A stretch of 64,000 bases of DNA, taken from assembly GCA_963666835.2 (NCBI GenBank), contig CAXXGO010000007.1:32001-96000 (forward strand), read 5' to 3'. The notes below the pieces were generated by a model that was not told the DNA's origin, did not search any database, and saw nothing but the letters and a program-made list of their open reading frames with translations. How positions within the stretch are numbered: the stretch's first letter is position 1; each line of letters opens with the position of its first letter. Positions 62,519 through 64,000 of the stretch are shown here, one piece after another. The translations under genes and the position numbers were made by a program. Source of the stretch: Phycisphaerae bacterium. GTDB lineage: Bacteria; Planctomycetota; Phycisphaerae; UBA1845.

Positions 62519-63912
62519 ACCTTGCCGGCTTTAGTGACAGGAGCGCGTCTCCCCGGCAGCAACGCCAACAGAATGAGCAGCGGAATCATCGGCACGCGAA
62601 AACGCGGGTCGATCTGCGGGGCCGTCGCGAGCAACAACGCTACCGTGCAAGCCAGCGGAAAGAACGCTGCGTCATAATCGAATCTGCGACGGACCAATCC
62701 GGCCACCACACCCAGAAAGAGCAGAACGTACGGGCCGGCCAGAAGCGCTGATCGCAACCGCGCGGGCTCAGTACCCTTCGGGGGACGGAAGGCCAGGTTC
62801 ATCGGAAACGTCAGGATCGAACCACACCTCGTCAGATAACACGTTAGTGTGCTGAACGGCCGGGCCGCCAGGTACGACAAGCCGATCCCCCGAAGAGCTC
62901 TGGACAACTCGAACGAATCCACGGTCGTCCGATTCCCCTGGGCCAGGTTCCGCCAGTTCAGAGCTAACCGCTGCTGTTCAGTCAGCCCGGTAAGCCGCCC
63001 GGGTAACTCCGCATCAATCCGATCCCAAACCGTGTGCGGCTCCTCGGCCCGGTTCGGATCAAGCGAGGTCTCCGCATAGCGATCGTCCGCGCGCCCCTCG
63101 CCCCACAGCACCACCTCGGTAGCCTTGAAGTAGGCCAGCACAACCCCGCTCTGATCGGATAACGCAAAGTGCCCGGCCACAACCTGGTTGCGGATCAACC
63201 ACGGCGACAGCACAACCGCAACGCCCAGAACGTAGCTCAAGGCAAAGCGCCCGGTGCCGGCAGATGGCTCTGCGGACGCAAGCAAACCACGGCGCTGCCA
63301 GGCGCGCCAGAGCAATCCGACCAGCAGTACCGGCGGGATCAGGATGGCCACCGGACGAACAAGAATCAGAAGCCCGGCCGACACCCCGAGCAGGAGAAAC
63401 CACCGCCCTTGTCGCCGTTCGGCGGCAATCTGCCAGATGAGCCAGGTGATAAGGAGCAGAGTCAGAAAGAGGGTCGTGGCCATCAGCCACATCGAGTAGT
63501 ACAGATGATAAGGTTCCATCAGAAAGAGCCAGGCCACCACGATGGCGCGGCGGTCGCTAATCTGTCGCCGGGTGATACCGTAAAGAAGCAAGACGTTGAG
63601 CACGCCGAGGATCTGTTGGGCGGCAATAAGCGTCGAAACCGCGCCACCGCCGACCAGCATCACCCCGGCCAGAAACAGCGGATAGCCCGGCGTCCGCCAA
63701 GTGTCCGGACGCCGAGGCGGTTCCGTGGACTGGCTGAACGTACCGTGTTCCGCCACGTTGCGGGCGATCTGGTAATACTCCTGGCTGTCGAGAGATCGGA
63801 ACGCGAAGGTGTCGATCCGCCCGGTGGCTCGATACACCGCCGCCAGCGCGCAGCCGTGTACGAAGACCGCGACGATCAGCAAATACAAAAACGGTCGGTG
63901 GGCATTCGACAT
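62509..63912 (-). CDS. GT39/ArnT-like membrane glycosyltransferase
   Basis: DSQEY...RTPGYPLFLA, LILVRP, PWLIRN, PRFRVP; many TM segments. Confidence 0.82.
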   Translation of the reverse strand: MSNAHRPFLYLLIVAVFVHGCALAAVYRATGRIDTFAFRSLDSQEYYQIARNVAEHGTFSQSTEPPRRPDTWRTPGYPLFLAGVMLVGGGAVSTLIAAQQILGVLNVLLLYGITRRQISDRRAIVVAWLFLMEPYHLYYSMWLMATTLFLTLLLITWLIWQIAAERRQGRWFLLLGVSAGLLILVRPVAILIPPVLLVGLLWRAWQRRGLLASAEPSAGTGRFALSYVLGVAVVLSPWLIRNQVVAGHFALSDQSGVVLAYFKATEVVLWGEGRADDRYAETSLDPNRAEEPHTVWDRIDAELPGRLTGLTEQQRLALNWRNLAQGNRTTVDSFELSRALRGIGLSYLAARPFSTLTCYLTRCGSILTFPMNLAFRPPKGTEPARLRSALLAGPYVLLFLGVVAGLVRRRFDYDAAFFPLACTVALLLATAPQIDPRFRVPMIPLLILLALLPGRRAPVTKAGKVPE

Positions 63913-64000
63913 GGCCGGATAGTGTAAGCGCTTTGGCCATAATTGCGAGAGGAAGAAACGCGGCCCTTCGCCAATGTCAGTCGATGCCGGGCCGAGATCC

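Overview
GC-rich bacterial chromosome segment; gene content and style suggest Planctomycetota, possibly Phycisphaerae (inference). Housekeeping genes (infA, folP, fmt/def, rpsT, tlyA-like, hisS, metH, trpS, scpA, nadE) are interspersed with an ECF sigma operon, an exosortase/Wza/Wzc exopolysaccharide locus, a glycosyltransferase cluster and many intergenic REP-like palindromic repeats. Several mobile elements have inserted into these repeats: a full-length group II intron plus two 3' fragments, a IIC-type intron 5' fragment, and an IS1111-type IS110 element whose likely bridge/seek RNA guides can be read from the sequence. The main candidate for a new system is a 1.9-kb element (31401-33313). 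It encodes two paralogous DUF1670-like proteins and no recognisable transposase, has perfect 15-bp sub-terminal inverted repeats and a duplicated CTAC, interrupts a REP hairpin loop, and shares a structured non-coding motif with the nearby IS1111 element. Also notable are three secreted pre-pro-peptide-like proteins with Cys-containing C-termini and a probable UGA-readthrough (selenocysteine) DUF1573-like protein. All family assignments are from motif recognition by eye; no database search was run.
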